32,000 nt of DNA, taken from NCBI RefSeq assembly GCF_013177435.1, contig NZ_CP053627.1, positions 1,320,001-1,352,000 on the forward strand, written 5' to 3'. Below the pieces are notes generated by a model, which worked only from the letters and a program-made list of their open reading frames with translations, did no database searches and had not been told where the DNA came from. Position numbers and translations under genes: made by a program. This DNA comes from Xylella taiwanensis (GTDB taxonomy: Bacteria > Pseudomonadota > Gammaproteobacteria > Xanthomonadales > Xanthomonadaceae). Below are positions 7,223 through 14,887 of this stretch, in pieces. How positions within the stretch are numbered: position 1 is the first letter of the stretch; each line of letters begins with the position of its first letter.

Positions 7223-7534
7223 TCATGATGGTGAGTGGTCATGGTAGCCTGCTTCTTTCTGATGTCTGAAAGCTAGGATATATACTGCATCGTCGATTGA
7301 CTCGTGGCGGTACAGGGCCACGTATCCAGATTTCCCAAAGGCAATGATTAGCTCGCGCATCTCTGGCATTTCATGGAACGGTCGGCCAATGTCGGGTGCT
7401 GTTTCTAGTAGCAGTAATTGTTCTTCGATGGCTTGACTAGCTCGTTTGGCTGCTTCTGAGGATTTGGTGGCTAAAAACTGCCGGCATCGTTCCAAACCTT
7501 CCGCTGCACCTTCGGTGACGATTACTTGTGGCAC
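7223..7534 (-). CDS. parE: ParE/RelE-family toxin
   Basis: The ORF track gives 7223-7579. I place the start at GTG 7532-7534 ((M)PQVIVTEGAAEGLERCRQFL...DIGRPF...RELIIAFGKSGYVALYRH...VYILAFRHQKEAGY), which gives 103 aa and a 13-nt overlap with the antitoxin. ATG 7579 is an alternative start. Confidence 0.8.
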   Translation of the reverse strand: MPQVIVTEGAAEGLERCRQFLATKSSEAAKRASQAIEEQLLLLETAPDIGRPFHEMPEMRELIIAFGKSGYVALYRHESIDDAVYILAFRHQKEAGYHDHSPS

Positions 7535-7794
7535 TCTGGCGTTTCTCTTTCGTTCTTGGTGCCCCAGGTGTTTAGCCATGTACGAACTTCCTGTCCTGTT
7601 AGGTGACGATTGGTTTCCTTATAGGCGGCCCATGATGCCAATGCTTCCTGTTTGAAGCTGTCACGGGCTTCTTCTCGTTCAACGTACTGTTGGATGGCTT
7701 CGAGCATGATCCAATGTGCTGAGCGGCGGCGTTGGTTGGCGAGGTGTTCTACACGGCTTTTTAGTGTGTTGTCGATCTTGAGTGATGTTGCCAT
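7522..7794 (-). CDS. Ribbon-helix-helix (CopG/ParD-like) antitoxin
   Basis: 90 aa. The N-terminal strand plus helices 'SLKIDNTLKSRVEHLANQRRRSAHWIMLEAIQQYVEREE' form an RHH fold. It lies directly upstream of, and overlaps, the ParE-like gene. Confidence 0.8.
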   Translation of the reverse strand: MATSLKIDNTLKSRVEHLANQRRRSAHWIMLEAIQQYVEREEARDSFKQEALASWAAYKETNRHLTGQEVRTWLNTWGTKNERETPECHK

Positions 7795-7806
7795 AATGAG
7801 TTTCTT

Positions 7807-7827
7807 ATCACTTAGTGATACTTAGTA
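7807..7827 (-). promoter_or_regulatory. Candidate operator of the RHH/ParE operon
   Basis: The inverted repeat ATCAC-TTA-GTGAT (7807-7819) overlaps the direct repeats ACTTAGT (7810-7816 and 7820-7826). The site is 13-33 nt upstream of the antitoxin start. Confidence 0.35.
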
Positions 7828-8135
7828 ATAACGTATTCCTTTATTGTTTTTTTGTCCATCTACTGGGCGTTATCTGAGCATTGCTGTATAGAGTTCTGTT
7901 GCGTGTGTGGGGGTGTAGGGGGTTCCCCCTACGGTGACGCTTTTTTCCAGCGTTGTGTCAGCGCTGAGGTGAGCAAGGCATCCGATACTGTCTCCGCGTC
8001 CCTCGCTAACCATTTTCCGCAAAACCGCTTTTATAGGCGCGTTAGGCAGGCGCTGATCATCGGACGGGGCAAAGCCGCCCTGCGACATGTCCGCCCTACC
8101 ATGCCTGTATATGTTTAAGGACCTAGGAGAGGGTC

Positions 8136-9008
8136 ATGTTTAATTATGTATGGGAGCAGGCTGCGACCCGATGGTTAGTGGAAAAATCTTACAAAGCCAC
8201 GGCGCATGAGGATGCCGCCAAACTGCGATGGCTGGCTCCCCACTTAGCTAGAACCTTATTAATCGATATTGATGGCGATTTCATTTTGCGTGTCGCCATG
8301 TTGAAAGCCAATCAAACAACACCGGCCACTGCGAATCGTTATTTAGCGCTCATTCGTTCTATTTTGCGCCGTGCCTGTGATATTTGGCGCTGGATTGATA
8401 GGTGTCCTGCTATTGCACTTTTTCCTGAGCCTAGCAAGCGCGTGCGTTGGTTGACCCCGGCTCAGGTGCGCTCGCTGCTGGCGGAGTTGCCATTGCATCA
8501 GCGCGATATTGTGGTGTTTGCCTTGGCTACTGGATTGCGTCAGGCCAATGTACTCAAGTTGCATTGGCATCAGGTAGATATTGTTCGTAAGGTGCTGCGC
8601 ATTCCTGCTGATCAGGCCAAGGGGCGCCAGGCGATCCGGATTCCGTTATCGGTGCATGCCGTGGGAGTGCTTCAGCGGCAGTATGGCCAGCACGGTGATT
8701 GGGTATTTACGTACCGTGGGCAGCCTATAAGAGGTGTGAATACTCGTGCATGGCGTCACGCGTTACAGCGGGCCGGGATAGGAGATTTTCGTTGGCATGA
8801 TTTACGGCATACCTGGGCGTCATGGCACGCACAGGCCGGCACGCCGCTGTATGTGTTGCAGGAGCTTGGCGGCTGGCAGTCCGAGTCAATGGTGCGTCGC
8901 TATGCTCACTTGACGCCAAGTCATTTTTCTGGTTATGCGGAAGCTATGCTTGATTCCATGCAGGGTAAAACGCTGCTCATCGGAAATCACTTTCTCTCGG
9001 ATCGCTAA
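8136..9008 (+). CDS. Tyrosine-type site-specific integrase
   Basis: 290 aa with RBS AGGAGAGGG. Catalytic signature residues are visible: 'ATGLRQANVLKL' (Arg), 'FRWHDLRHTWASW' (H-x-x-R) and 'LGGWQSESMVRRYAHL' (Tyr). Confidence 0.9.
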   Translation: MFNYVWEQAATRWLVEKSYKATAHEDAAKLRWLAPHLARTLLIDIDGDFILRVAMLKANQTTPATANRYLALIRSILRRACDIWRWIDRCPAIALFPEPSKRVRWLTPAQVRSLLAELPLHQRDIVVFALATGLRQANVLKLHWHQVDIVRKVLRIPADQAKGRQAIRIPLSVHAVGVLQRQYGQHGDWVFTYRGQPIRGVNTRAWRHALQRAGIGDFRWHDLRHTWASWHAQAGTPLYVLQELGGWQSESMVRRYAHLTPSHFSGYAEAMLDSMQGKTLLIGNHFLSDR

Positions 9009-9020
9009 GGCCATCAGCCT

Positions 9021-9667
9021 CTACCATGCAGGATCCAATGCTGATTTTGTGAGCGGGCGTCCTGATTCGGCCAAAACGAGGTGACGATCTTTAGGGCGTA
9101 GTTGCTGTGGGAGATGATTGCGATTCAATACGGCTGCCCGATGCGTGAGTAGCTCCTTCCATGCCTGACGTAGGCTAGGTGTCCAGCGCGTGATGTTGTC
9201 GCGGCTTCGTTTACGGCGGTTGCTCAAAATTCCATGCTCGGTCGTGTTGGCTTCGGTCAGTGTGATGGCTTCAATGCCTCTCAAACGGCAGGTGTAGGTA
9301 ATGTATATCAGTGGCGCGATGTAGCATGGAACACTGCCTGCTGTATGCGGCTTGAGCCGCCCTCTGTGCGTGGCAAATTGCAAGATCGCTGCGAATGCTT
9401 CATGTGTAGGCATGCCATCTCGTTTACGCTCTGGTGCCTGTCTCACCCCTTTGGCCGGTCCAGTGTTATACCCATACCGGTTTTATACCTGTGGACGATT
9501 TCTGACTGACGCTGATAATCCACCTTTGTGCGTGCCGCTAGTTGCTGAAAATCTGTGCTACTTAGGTAATGGGTTATGACATGACCAACAGTCCCGCTTT
9601 CAGTGACATCGGAGCTTGCTGTGCTGCTGGATGGCCTGCACCAGCGGTGTGACGTGCTGTGCGGCAC
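9021..9667 (-). pseudogene. Frame-shifted, 3'-truncated tyrosine integrase of the tailed-phage remnant
   Basis: Two ORFs in different frames carry the pieces. ORF 9443-9667 holds an N-terminal-like part (HYLSSTDFQQLAARTKVDYQRQ). ORF 9021-9446 holds a core-binding region and the start of the catalytic domain (TYTCRLRGIEAITLT...RKRSRDNITRWTPSL). The H-x-x-R and Tyr region is missing. The reading frame ends 13 bp from the stop of the convergent integrase at 9008. Confidence 0.65.
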
Positions 9668-9754
9668 TGTGGTGCATGCCTACAAAGAAAATACCCAGGC
9701 TGGTGCCGATCCACCGCAGGAGTGCGGCGGGCAGGACGCAGGGGTTGAGAGCGC

Positions 9755-10333
9755 TCACGATGCATCGCCTTCACACAGGGCGCGCTCATTGGCACGACGC
9801 AATATCAGGCCGCGCACTTCGCGGCCATCGGCGTGCTTCCAGCGGTCCAGTTCGGCACAGACTCCCGGCCAGTCGTTGTCTAGGGCCTTGCGTTGCAGGG
9901 TGCTGCCGCACACCACCTTCGGCCCCAGGTTGAAGGTAGCCGACACCAGCGCCGCTGCCACGTGGGGCAGCATCGGCACCTTGATGCAGCGGCGCACGTA
10001 GGTATTGGCCTCGAGCAAGTCGGCTTGCAGGAACGCATCGCAATCAGCCTTGGTGTACGTTTTGCCACGGATCACGTCCGGACCCGTATGGCCGTAGCAC
10101 ACCGTCCACACCCCGACGATGTCCTGATATGGACGATATTTCAAACCTTCCCAGTACGACACGGTCGGCGTGGCAATTGCCAGCACCACGCCGACGATGT
10201 CCTGATATGGACGATATTTCAAACCTTCCCAGTACGACACGATCGGCGTGGCAATTGCCAGCACCGCCGCAATGCAGGTGACGGCCAGAGGACCCGGGTG
10301 GCGTGGCGAGGAGCGTTTTTTATGCCTTGCCAT
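9755..10333 (-). CDS. Phage lysozyme (GH24-type endolysin) with N-terminal signal-anchor-like segment and an internal 26-aa duplication
   Basis: 'YWEGLKYRPYQDIVGVWTVCYGHTG...ADCDAFLQADL...ALVSATFNLG...RGLILRRANERALC' matches the P22/lambda-type lysozyme pattern (E-x8-D-x5-T). The hydrophobic N-terminus is 'LAVTCIAAVLAIATP'. The segment VLAIATP(I/T)VSYWEGLKYRPYQDIVGV occurs twice in tandem. Confidence 0.85.
   Translation of the reverse strand: MARHKKRSSPRHPGPLAVTCIAAVLAIATPIVSYWEGLKYRPYQDIVGVVLAIATPTVSYWEGLKYRPYQDIVGVWTVCYGHTGPDVIRGKTYTKADCDAFLQADLLEANTYVRRCIKVPMLPHVAAALVSATFNLGPKVVCGSTLQRKALDNDWPGVCAELDRWKHADGREVRGLILRRANERALCEGDAS
10109..10264. repeat. Tandem 78-bp in-frame duplication inside the lysozyme gene
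   Basis: Positions 10109-10186 and 10187-10264 align with a 78-nt period. By hand alignment they differ at two positions (10112/10190 and 10163/10241). Confidence 0.9.
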
Positions 10334-10348
10334 CCGTCTGTTCCCGTT

Positions 10349-10561
10349 TCACCTTTCACCCTTTTTAACCTTGCGTTTCTTCCAGTCCACCCTCCATTTC
10401 CACAGCAGGTGGGCCGCTTGCAACAGGATGTATAAGCATGTTGCCACCTCAATGATGACATCGCTGGTCAGCACGGTCACGCTGACTGGCACCGCGGATT
10501 TTGCCACGGCCATGCCAATGGTGATTATCATTTCGTAACGCATGGTGTGATTCCCGAACAT
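10349..10561 (-). CDS. Probable holin
   Basis: 70 aa with two hydrophobic segments and a highly basic C-terminus (WKWRVDWKKRKVKKGER). The start has two Met codons (MFGNHTM). It lies immediately upstream of the lysozyme. Confidence 0.6.
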   Translation of the reverse strand: MFGNHTMRYEMIITIGMAVAKSAVPVSVTVLTSDVIIEVATCLYILLQAAHLLWKWRVDWKKRKVKKGER

Positions 10562-10638
10562 GGCTGCGATCTCTCCTGGCTACCCCCCTGAAAAAAATCT
10601 CCGCGCCGCTCCGACAGCGCCGTGACACTTGAAAATCA

Positions 10639-11013
10639 TCAGGTCTGCACGCGGCCAGCGCCCGGCAGTAACTTGACCTTGACGGTGCGTGCCGACGCGC
10701 CTGCGGTTTCAACAGCGATGCAGCTGTTGATCAGGTCGCCCGCGGCGGCGTCTTTATTGACGAACGCGGCCTCACTCAGGCTCCAGATCGGTTTGGACCA
10801 TGCGTTGATCACCTGGCCGTTCTTCTTGGGCAATCTCCAGACGCCTTCGACAGCGGCTTCACCATTGGTGTTATCGGCGATGGTGGTCAGCGCCACGCCC
10901 AGCAGTGTGCCCAGCAGCACCACGCCACCGGACAGCATCGGGTTGCCAAAAGTAATAGACACGTCAGCGGTGAATGTCAGGTGCTCGCCGGGTTTGATGT
11001 AGTTATTAGCCAT
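10639..11013 (-). CDS. DUF2190-family phage head protein (decoration/cement-like)
   Basis: 124 aa. 'MANNYIKPGEHLTFTA...GEAAVEGVWRLPK...ARTVKVKL' matches the pattern I recall for DUF2190 proteins. It sits directly after the capsid gene. Confidence 0.6.
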   Translation of the reverse strand: MANNYIKPGEHLTFTADVSITFGNPMLSGGVVLLGTLLGVALTTIADNTNGEAAVEGVWRLPKKNGQVINAWSKPIWSLSEAAFVNKDAAAGDLINSCIAVETAGASARTVKVKLLPGAGRVQT

Positions 11014-11075
11014 GTGGGTGTCCTCAGTACATTGGACGGTGGCGCGGCCTGCACCAGCGTGATAGTGATGGGGGT

Positions 11076-13331
11076 TTAGGCGCCCTTGTTACGGGTGGCT
11101 CCTCTCCAGCCGACGGCGCCGACGCCGTAGCGGTGGACGACTTTCCAGCTCAGGCCATCGGTGCGGAAGTTGGTGTCTTGTTCCAGGGTGGGGGGCTGGA
11201 CGCCGTTGAGAAAGGCGACCTCAATGACCGGTTCGATGTTGGGATCGGCAAAGGTGTACCAGGCGCTGCCGGTCAGGCGCGGGGTATCGACGACGTCAGT
11301 GAACAGGCCGCGCACCACGTTTGGTTTGCGCTGCTGCTTGTCCGTTTCGTCGTTATATTCCTGGGCGTTGAGTTCGCGCGCCTTGCTACCCAACGACAGT
11401 GCGCTGAGCCAGATGGCCGGGACGATGTCGATAAAGTCATTGCTGCCCACGTCCATTTGCTGGGCCATCAGTTGCCGGGCGGCGTCGATGCTCTCAATGG
11501 ATGGGGGCGCTGCGGTCGGGATGTTGGCATGGTCGGCATGGAACAGGGTGTTGCCGTCGCTCATCCTCGGGCCGAGGCCGTTGTTTAACGCCAGCAGGGC
11601 GTAGACGTCTTTCTCAATGGTGCGCGCCGCCGCCTGGCCGAGGGCGGTGGTGGGACGCGAGAAGGCGCCGAGGTCGTCGTTGACGAGCACTTCCGGGGTG
11701 ATCTGCAAGATGCGGCCTTTGCGGACTCCCTGGATGGTTTCTTTGGCGGCGTCGGAGAGCACGCCGTTTTCATACTCGCCTTCCTCGTTGACCGGCCTCA
11801 GGTCGGAGAAGGAGCCCATGTGATAGCGGTGGTGGGGGCGGTAGTCGGTTAGGGAACCGGTGGCACAGAAGCGCGGCCAGGTGTAAGCCTGTAAGCGATA
11901 GGCGGCCAGCAAGGTTTTGTGGAGGACGTTCTCCAGGATCACCGGGAAATCGCCGGTACTCTGGGCTAACGCCATGCGTGAAATTTGGTCTCGATCCATG
12001 ATGCGGGTATTGACGCCGCTGGCGATCAGCGATTGCTCGGCCAGGATGTAAAGCGGCTGGTGGGCGGCGGGGTTGTCTTGGCGGGCGGTGGCGGCTTCAT
12101 GGCCGGTCAGGATGCCGGCGCGGGCGAGGATGCCGGCGGCGATGCGTTGCCGGCGGGTGTCGTGTTCGTCGTGCACCAGGTGGATGCCGTCCGGGGGGCT
12201 GCGCGGTGCCACGGCCAGCGGCATGGCGCCGCCGGGCAGGCGCTGTAACAGGCGAGCCTGGGCTTGTGCGACGCTCAGGCGCGGATCGGCCAGGCAGGCG
12301 GCTTCCAGTTCACGCACGCCGGGCACCTCGGCAAAGGCGGCGAAGACGTCGCGGATGCTGGTGTTGCGTGCGATGAGGGCGGTCATCGGGGCGTCGTTGG
12401 CGGCGGTCTCCGCGGCAGGGTCGGAGGCGGGGGTGTTGACGCTTGGCGTGGGCGCGCTGGGGCCGGCCTGGGCAAGGATGACGTGCAATTGTTCTTTCAT
12501 GGCGGTGTCCTGGATATGGGGCATCACAGCGCGCTGCTGGGTGTGGTGGAGGGCGGCAAAGGCAGAGGCGGTGACGGTGGTCTGGATGCGGTGGCGTAAG
12601 GCGGCCGCGACGGCGGGGTGCGGGTGGGTGGATATGGCATGGATGTAGGAACGCAGCGCGGCGGCGGCGGCGGCATCACTGAGGGCGTCCGCACTGGGAT
12701 CTGTGTCGATGATGGTGTCGGCCAGGCCGGCGCTGATCATCTGCTCGGCGGTAAACCAGTGGTCGCCGCCGTCGCTGAGCATCTGTTCGATGGCGTCGGG
12801 TTGGGTAGCACGGGCGCTGTAGCTGGTGAGCATGGCGGCGGCGATCGCGTCCAGTCCCGCGGCCATGTTGCGCAGGTCCTCGGCAAAGCCGCAGACGCCG
12901 GCGCGCGGGCCGTGGATCATCATGGTCGAGTTGCGGTACACGCGGCGGGTGGCGCCGGCCTGGGCAATGAGGCTGGCGATGGAGGCGGCCACGCCGTCAA
13001 TGGTGATGGTGACGGTCGCCGGATGGGTGTTGAGTGCGTTGAAGATGGCCAGGCCATCGCTGACCACGCCGCCATCAGAGTTGATGCGCACGTTGATCAC
13101 CGGGGCGGTGATGGCGCTGAGCTGGGCGGCGATGCTGGAGGCGGTGATGCCCTCCTCCCAGAAGGTATCGCCGATGGGGCCGTAGATGAGCAGTTCGGCG
13201 GCGTCGGGGTGGCGGGTGTCCAGGGCCAGCACCGATGGGCCGCGGGCCTGCGGGGCGCTCTGCTCCAGGGCGCTGGCGTCCAGGGCATTGATCGCTTTGG
13301 GGAGGCCGCCAGGGCGTGTGTTGGCTGTCAT
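11076..13331 (-). CDS. ClpP-like prohead protease fused to a phage major capsid protein
   Basis: 751 aa. The N-terminal ~230 aa are ClpP/S14-like (IYGPIGD...INVRINSDGGVVSDGLAIFNAL...IDGVAASIASLIAQAG...MMIHGP). An Ala-rich linker follows. The C-terminal ~330 aa resemble major head subunits (…GSFSDLRPVNEEGEYE...SAWYTFADP...EVAFLNG). The gene lies between portal and DUF2190. Confidence 0.7.
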   Translation of the reverse strand: MTANTRPGGLPKAINALDASALEQSAPQARGPSVLALDTRHPDAAELLIYGPIGDTFWEEGITASSIAAQLSAITAPVINVRINSDGGVVSDGLAIFNALNTHPATVTITIDGVAASIASLIAQAGATRRVYRNSTMMIHGPRAGVCGFAEDLRNMAAGLDAIAAAMLTSYSARATQPDAIEQMLSDGGDHWFTAEQMISAGLADTIIDTDPSADALSDAAAAAALRSYIHAISTHPHPAVAAALRHRIQTTVTASAFAALHHTQQRAVMPHIQDTAMKEQLHVILAQAGPSAPTPSVNTPASDPAAETAANDAPMTALIARNTSIRDVFAAFAEVPGVRELEAACLADPRLSVAQAQARLLQRLPGGAMPLAVAPRSPPDGIHLVHDEHDTRRQRIAAGILARAGILTGHEAATARQDNPAAHQPLYILAEQSLIASGVNTRIMDRDQISRMALAQSTGDFPVILENVLHKTLLAAYRLQAYTWPRFCATGSLTDYRPHHRYHMGSFSDLRPVNEEGEYENGVLSDAAKETIQGVRKGRILQITPEVLVNDDLGAFSRPTTALGQAAARTIEKDVYALLALNNGLGPRMSDGNTLFHADHANIPTAAPPSIESIDAARQLMAQQMDVGSNDFIDIVPAIWLSALSLGSKARELNAQEYNDETDKQQRKPNVVRGLFTDVVDTPRLTGSAWYTFADPNIEPVIEVAFLNGVQPPTLEQDTNFRTDGLSWKVVHRYGVGAVGWRGATRNKGA

Positions 13332-14887
13332 GGTGTTTGGTCCTCAGGGGGGGCGTCTTCGGCGGCGTCCGGTTCGTCCGCCGCGGGGGCCGGCGCGGCG
13401 GCGGGGGTCTGGAATACGCTCAGTGACAGGCCGCGTGCGGCGGCCCATTGCTTATCGAGAGACAGTTGTTCCAGGACGTCGTACATGCGTCCGCCGCGTT
13501 CGGCGATGACGCTGCTCAGTGAGCGCACCCCGGCTTGGACTTGAGCGGTGAGTGCGTTGATTTCTTTGAGCGGGTCAATCCAGGGCATGGAGGGCGGCAG
13601 GTAGTCGGCACCGACGGCGCTGGCCAGGGTGACGCCACGCGGCAGCACCAGTTCCCCGGACACCACAGCCATTGCAATCAAGCGTTCGTATACGGGGCGC
13701 ACCATCTGGGAGATGAATTCGTAGGCCAAGACGCCGTAGGCGCCGTATTGCTCGACCAGTTCTTGACGTTGGGCGCTGTAGGTGCCGTTGTAGTTTTTTG
13801 ATAGGGATGAGAAGGAGATGCGCATCGGGGCGGCAATGGCACGTAATTGGCTGTTGCGGTAGGGCTCCAGGTTGGCGTTGGGGCGCTTGCTGTCGATGGT
13901 CTCCACGGTCTCGCCGGGGCGTAGATCGTCAAAGATCATGCCGGCCTGCAGGCGCATGCGGCGGTCTTGTTGGCCGGGGGTCTGTGCGTCGTAGAGGGTG
14001 GGGTCGCCTTTGACGATGACGGCGGCCATGCTGGCGGCGATCTTGGCGGCGATGCGTTCGGATTCTTCGTAGTCTTTGAGGTCTTCGATACGGGTGAAGG
14101 TGGACGCCAGCAGGCTGATGCCGCGCACTTGGCCGATGCGGTCGATGGTGCGCAGGTGGCGGATCAGGTCGGCGGGAACGAACTTTTTTTCCGGTATGAG
14201 TACGTACGCATCGCCGGGGTTTTGTTTGTAGACGTAGTAGCCGGTGGCGCGGCCCCAGGCGTTACGTTGGACGCCTTGCAAGATGTTTTGGGATGGATCG
14301 TCGTAGTCCAGGGGGACGAAATCCGGCTCTAGCATTTCGATGGAAAACGGGATCGCTGAGCCGTGTTGCAAGGTGGGCAGGAAGCCGCGTATTTCTTGGA
14401 CGAAGGCTTCGCCATCGCGCAGCCAGGTGCGCGCCAGCAGGCGCTGGACGCTGGGCCAGTCGTGCATCCAGGTGACTTCGGGCCGCTTAGACCAGGCTTG
14501 GTACAGGGGCATGATCTGGTCAACGACAGATTCAACCAGGGTGCCGGCGGCATCGCGGGGGGTGGGGATGATGTTGATGCCGTTGGGGCCGATGATGTTC
14601 TGCACCAGGGTGGACAGGCCGCCGCTGATGATGTCGTGGTTGCGGTCTAGGTGGCGGGCCTGGTGGCGCAGGGCGCTGCCGTTCATGGTCACGATGGTGT
14701 TACCGCTGCCGAATTCACGCGCCGCTTGGCGCAGGTGGGTCTTCTCGGCAGCCTCGTAGGCTTGGCGGTAGGCGACGGCTTTGATGCGGTGCTGGGCGCG
14801 GGAGGCGGCCCAGGCCGGCGCCATCTGGAGCAGCGCGCGGTCGAAGGCGGCGACGATGCGGTGAAGACGCGGGGCGGCGGCGCTCAT
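13328..14887 (-). CDS. Phage portal protein (lambda gpB family)
   Basis: The ORF track gives 13328-14965. I place the start at ATG 14885-14887 (MSAAAPRLHRIV...), which overlaps the gpW stop as ATGA. At 519 aa, its size, its position after gpW and its acidic C-terminus fit lambda-type portals. Confidence 0.75.
   Translation of the reverse strand: MSAAAPRLHRIVAAFDRALLQMAPAWAASRAQHRIKAVAYRQAYEAAEKTHLRQAAREFGSGNTIVTMNGSALRHQARHLDRNHDIISGGLSTLVQNIIGPNGINIIPTPRDAAGTLVESVVDQIMPLYQAWSKRPEVTWMHDWPSVQRLLARTWLRDGEAFVQEIRGFLPTLQHGSAIPFSIEMLEPDFVPLDYDDPSQNILQGVQRNAWGRATGYYVYKQNPGDAYVLIPEKKFVPADLIRHLRTIDRIGQVRGISLLASTFTRIEDLKDYEESERIAAKIAASMAAVIVKGDPTLYDAQTPGQQDRRMRLQAGMIFDDLRPGETVETIDSKRPNANLEPYRNSQLRAIAAPMRISFSSLSKNYNGTYSAQRQELVEQYGAYGVLAYEFISQMVRPVYERLIAMAVVSGELVLPRGVTLASAVGADYLPPSMPWIDPLKEINALTAQVQAGVRSLSSVIAERGGRMYDVLEQLSLDKQWAAARGLSLSVFQTPAAAPAPAADEPDAAEDAPPEDQTP

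Larger units (their letters stand above)
857..9008 (+). mobile_element. Integrated filamentous (Inovirus-type) prophage with integrase and ParE/RHH module
   Basis: A contiguous same-strand module (Rep, SSB, coat proteins, pIII-like, pVI-like, Zot) has overlap-coupled genes and a G/T-rich coding strand. It is flanked by a divergent repressor on the left and by the TA pair and integrase on the right. The boundaries are approximate. Confidence 0.75.

Noticed and set aside
7852-8118. Protein-coding ORFs 7852-8118 (plus strand, TTG start) and 7870-8088 (minus strand) upstream of the integrase, as a possible excisionase
   Set aside because: They are mutually overlapping with no RBS, odd composition (Cys/Gly runs) and no HTH or Xis-like motif. 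I treat the region as non-coding with a hairpin.
11133-14759. Many long plus-strand ORFs (for example 12618-13544 at 308 aa, 12073-12648, 14340-14759) opposite the capsid and portal genes
   Set aside because: These are Gly/Ala/Arg/Val-rich shadow ORFs of the kind generated antisense to GC-rich genes. They have no motifs or RBS and fully overlap well-supported minus-strand phage genes.
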